Origin: an uncultured Candidatus Rokubacteria bacterium
GTDB taxonomy: Bacteria > Methylomirabilota > Methylomirabilia > Rokubacteriales > DASRDR01
Assembly: GCA_963708025.1 (NCBI GenBank)
Contig: CAVPSB010000013.1
Coordinates: 320,001 to 384,000 of the forward strand
DNA: 64,000 nucleotides
Direction of reading: 5' to 3'
This document shows, one piece after another, positions 61,039-64,000 of this stretch. The notes beneath the pieces are model-generated. The model was not told the DNA's origin. It was given only the letters and a program-made list of their open reading frames with translations, and made no database searches. The position numbers were made by a program, and so were the translations under genes. Every line of letters begins with the position of its first letter. Position 1 is the stretch's first letter.

Positions 61039-61956
61039 TCAGTCCTTGAGGCCGGACAGCGCGATGCCCCGGATGAACGCGCGCTGGAACAGGAAGAAGA
61101 GGAGCGTCAGCGGGATCATGGCGATCGCCGAGATCGCCATGACCTCGTTGTACGTCGTCACGTACTCCTCCTGGAAGCGCTGGAGGCCGATGGGCACGGT
61201 GCGCAGGCGGTCCTCGGTGATGATGATGAACGGCCACACGAAGGCGTCCCACGTCTCGCGCCAGGTGAAGATGGCCAGGGTCAGCACCGCGGGCCAGGAG
61301 AGCGGCATCACGATCCGGAAGTAGATGCGGAGCTCGCCGGCCCCGTCGATCCGCGCGGCCTCGATCAGCGAGTCCGGGAGGTGCAGCAGGAACTGCCGCA
61401 TCAGGAAGATGCCGAACGCGTCGGCCACCACCGGGACGATCAGGCCCTGGTAGGTGTTCAGCCAGCCGAGATCCTTGACGATCAGGAACGTGGGGACCAT
61501 CAGCACCTCGAGGGGCAGCATCAGGGTGCTGAGGATGGCGATGAACAGGGCCCGCTGGCCGAAGAACCGGTACTTGGCCAGGCTGTAGCCGGCGAACCCG
61601 GCCAGCAGCACGTTGAGGAGCGTGACCGTGATCGACACGATGAAGCTGTTGAGGAAGTAGCGGCCGAAGTCGAAGCGGTTCCACGCCGTCGGGTAGTTGT
61701 CCCACTTCGGCGGCCGGGGCAGCCACTGGATGGGCAGCTCGAACACCCGGTTCAGCGGCTTCAGCGAGGTCAACACCATCCAGAAGACGGGCATCAGCAT
61801 CACGATGCCGCCGGCCAGGACCACCAGGAAGCCGAGCCAGTAGAGCGCCCGGGTCCCGACGATCCGCCGGCTACGTGTCCGTCCGGGTATCTCGTGTCGC
61901 GAGCCGGGCGACGTCAGCAACGAAGAGCCTCCGAGCGGCGGCTTCGCCGCCGCCAC
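61039..61956 (-). CDS. Carbohydrate ABC transporter permease (start uncertain)
   Basis: YFLNS, FLMRQF and EAARIDGA loop. Confidence 0.9.
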   Translation of the reverse strand: MAAAKPPLGGSSLLTSPGSRHEIPGRTRSRRIVGTRALYWLGFLVVLAGGIVMLMPVFWMVLTSLKPLNRVFELPIQWLPRPPKWDNYPTAWNRFDFGRYFLNSFIVSITVTLLNVLLAGFAGYSLAKYRFFGQRALFIAILSTLMLPLEVLMVPTFLIVKDLGWLNTYQGLIVPVVADAFGIFLMRQFLLHLPDSLIEAARIDGAGELRIYFRIVMPLSWPAVLTLAIFTWRETWDAFVWPFIIITEDRLRTVPIGLQRFQEEYVTTYNEVMAISAIAMIPLTLLFFLFQRAFIRGIALSGLKD

Positions 61957-61997
61957 GACGGGGGGGCATCGGGGGGGTCTTCCGAGACCCCTCCGAA
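61927..61997. repeat. REP-like palindromic element at the permease junction
   Basis: gcggcggcttcgccgccgc hairpin, plus ggggcatcgggggggtcttccgagacccc shared with 43212-43240. Confidence 0.85.
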
Positions 61998-62001
61998 GGA
62001 T

Positions 62002-62962
62002 CTAGCCACGGCGCTCCTCCCGGAACAGCCCGAGCTGGATGAGGGTGAACACCATGGTGCCCAGCAGGAGGAAGATCGACGCCGCGGTGGCCAGGCCCAT
62101 CTTGAAGAACTGGAAGCCGGTCTGGTAGATGAACAGCGACAGCACCCGGGTGGCGCCGTCGGGGCCGCCGCCGGAGACGATCAGCACGTTGGTGAACACC
62201 TTGGACATCAGGATGATCGACACGACCACCACCAGGAGGATCGTCGGCCGCAGCAGCGGGAGGGTGATGAACCGGAAGCGCTGCCACCGGCCGGCGCCGT
62301 CGATCGAGGCCGCCTCCAGGTACTCCTCCGGGATGCTCTGCAGCCCGGCCAGGTAGAGGATCATGAAGTACGGCACGAAGCGCCACTCGGCGGCCAGGAT
62401 GAAGCCGGGCATGGTGGCCCGGCTGTTGGCCAGCCAGTCGAACGGCCGGCATCCCCAGCGTCTGCAAGCCCACGTTCAGCAGGCCGTAGGGGTGGAACAT
62501 GAAGCGCCACACCGTGGCGTACACGACCACCGGCATGATGGCCGGGATGAAGTACATCACGCGCAGGAAGTGCCGGGCCGGCAGCGCGGTGTTGAAGACC
62601 AGGGCCAGCCCGAGCGAGAGGAACCAGAGCGGGATGCAGGTGCCGAACACGTAGTAGACCGTCGCCCCCACCGACTGGTGGAACAGCGGATCGTGGATCA
62701 GCGTCGCGTAGTTCCGGAAGCCGACGAACCTCGGCGGGCTCAGCAGGTCGTAGCTGGTGAGGCTCAGGTAGAAGGCGCGGAACATCGGCAGGAACTTGAA
62801 CACCACCAGCAGCAGGAACATCGGCATCAGGAAGAAGTAGCCCCAGAGCTGGTGCCGCCCCTGGCGGGATCGCAGGAAGGCCAGCGACGGGCTCCCCCGC
62901 CGGCGCCCCTTCAGTCCGGCCTCGGCGGGGATGGTCGGCGCGGGGGCGTCCACGACCGTCAC
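62002..62962 (-). CDS. Carbohydrate ABC transporter permease (frameshift near 62445)
   Basis: FVGFRNY and LAGLQSIPEEYLEAASIDGA. GTGA overlap with the peptidase stop. Confidence 0.88.
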
Positions 62963-64000
62963 AGCAGCAAGCGGTCCTCGTAGTCGATCCGCGACAGCAC
63001 CCGCGGCGCCCCCTCGGTCACCAGGACCATGTCCTCGATGCGCACGCCGGCGCCGCCCTCCACGCCCGGGACCCACACCAGCGGCTCGATCGCGAAGACC
63101 ATGTTCGGCTTCAGCTCGTACACCGAGGCCCCGTGCATCGTCTCCCCGATGTATGGGGGCTCGTTGGCGCCCATCCCGATCCCGTGGCCGATGAACAGGC
63201 TGAACAGGTGCTCCTGCAGGCCGAACTCGGCGATCTTCGCCACGATGGCGTTGGACACGTCCAGGTTGGTCCTCCCCGGCCGCATGGTCGCGATCCCCGC
63301 CTGCAGCCCCTGGAAGACCGCCGTGTAGACCTCCTTCTGCCGTCGCGACGGCTTGCCCACGACCGTCATCCGGCCGATGTCGGCGAAGTAGCCGTTCCAC
63401 ATGGCGCCGATGTCGATGAAGCACACGTCACGGTTGCGGATGAGCTTGTCGCTGCAGATCCGGTGGGGCGGCGACATGTGCTCCCCCGAGGCCACGAAGG
63501 GCGTGATGACGTGCGCCATCTCGCCGCCCAGGTAGTAGAGGGTCTGCATGGCGTCGCCGGCCACCTCGCACTCCCGCCGGCCTTCGCGGACCGAATCCAG
63601 CGCCCGGCGGGTGACGGCTTCGCCGATGGCGCACGACTCCTCGATGACCGCGACCTCCGCCGGCAGCTTGATCATCCGCGCCTGCTGCATGGCCGAGTCA
63701 CCGTCCACGAGCTCTACCCCGGGCAGGAGGCGACGGATCGACTCGATCAGGATCATCGTCGGCTGATCGACGCCGATCCGCGCGCTGGAAAGCCGGTGCC
63801 GCGCCAGCGCCGGCGTCAGCACCGAGGTGACGAAGCCCTCGACCAGCCCGCGCTCTTCCATGATCGGGATGGCGTGCACTTCCGCCAGCCAGGGCATCTT
63901 GGCCAGCGCCCGATCGCGCTCTCCGCCCGAGCAGAGCAGGATGGGCTCGGCCTCGCGCGGGAACAGCACGCCGTTGAGCGAGCTGCTCTTCCCGGCGATC
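62959..64000 (-). CDS. M24 (Xaa-Pro) peptidase family protein; 5' truncated by window edge
   Basis: IDIG..GYFADIGR, GHGIG, AIEP and GVRIEDMV metal ligands. Confidence 0.9.
   Translation of the reverse strand, partial: IAGKSSSLNGVLFPREAEPILLCSGGERDRALAKMPWLAEVHAIPIMEERGLVEGFVTSVLTPALARHRLSSARIGVDQPTMILIESIRRLLPGVELVDGDSAMQQARMIKLPAEVAVIEESCAIGEAVTRRALDSVREGRRECEVAGDAMQTLYYLGGEMAHVITPFVASGEHMSPPHRICSDKLIRNRDVCFIDIGAMWNGYFADIGRMTVVGKPSRRQKEVYTAVFQGLQAGIATMRPGRTNLDVSNAIVAKIAEFGLQEHLFSLFIGHGIGMGANEPPYIGETMHGASVYELKPNMVFAIEPLVWVPGVEGGAGVRIEDMVLVTEGAPRVLSRIDYEDRLLL

Overview
A very GC-rich window from a diderm bacterium. Gene content and repeat style suggest Candidatus Rokubacteria/Methylomirabilota, but this is inference only. 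Left to right: the 3' end of a STAND-type ATPase/TPR regulator; an RHS relic; an AI-2E transporter, arylsulfatase remnant, DUF2092 protein and small secreted peptide; a SemiSWEET-like gene; a coupled tamB-bamA-surA-like operon, where tamB carries a diverged 531-bp tandem duplication; YSC84, fasciclin and TM-helix channel genes; an IS1380 stub; two ArnT-like glycosyltransferases and an SGNH hydrolase bracketed by halves of a palindromic repeat; a heavily frameshifted glycogen catabolism operon (glgP-pgm-glgX-GH63-lipoprotein-xfp); a DAACS transporter fused to a binding protein; nrfHA with a CXXCH first heme; a combined caa3 oxidase/cytochrome bc operon with an extra membrane subunit; an iorAB-like molybdoenzyme; a toxin-antitoxin pair with a dead ParE toxin; a HEAT-repeat lipoprotein; an MFS transporter; and sugar ABC permeases with an M24 peptidase. 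Many single-base frameshifts look like sequencing error. The most promising unexplained signals are (i) the split hairpin repeat flanking cargo genes and (ii) a duplicated 83-aa gene whose 42-bp upstream block is better conserved than its coding sequence. No rRNA, tRNA or CRISPR array was recognised. All family calls are from motif recognition by eye, not database searches.
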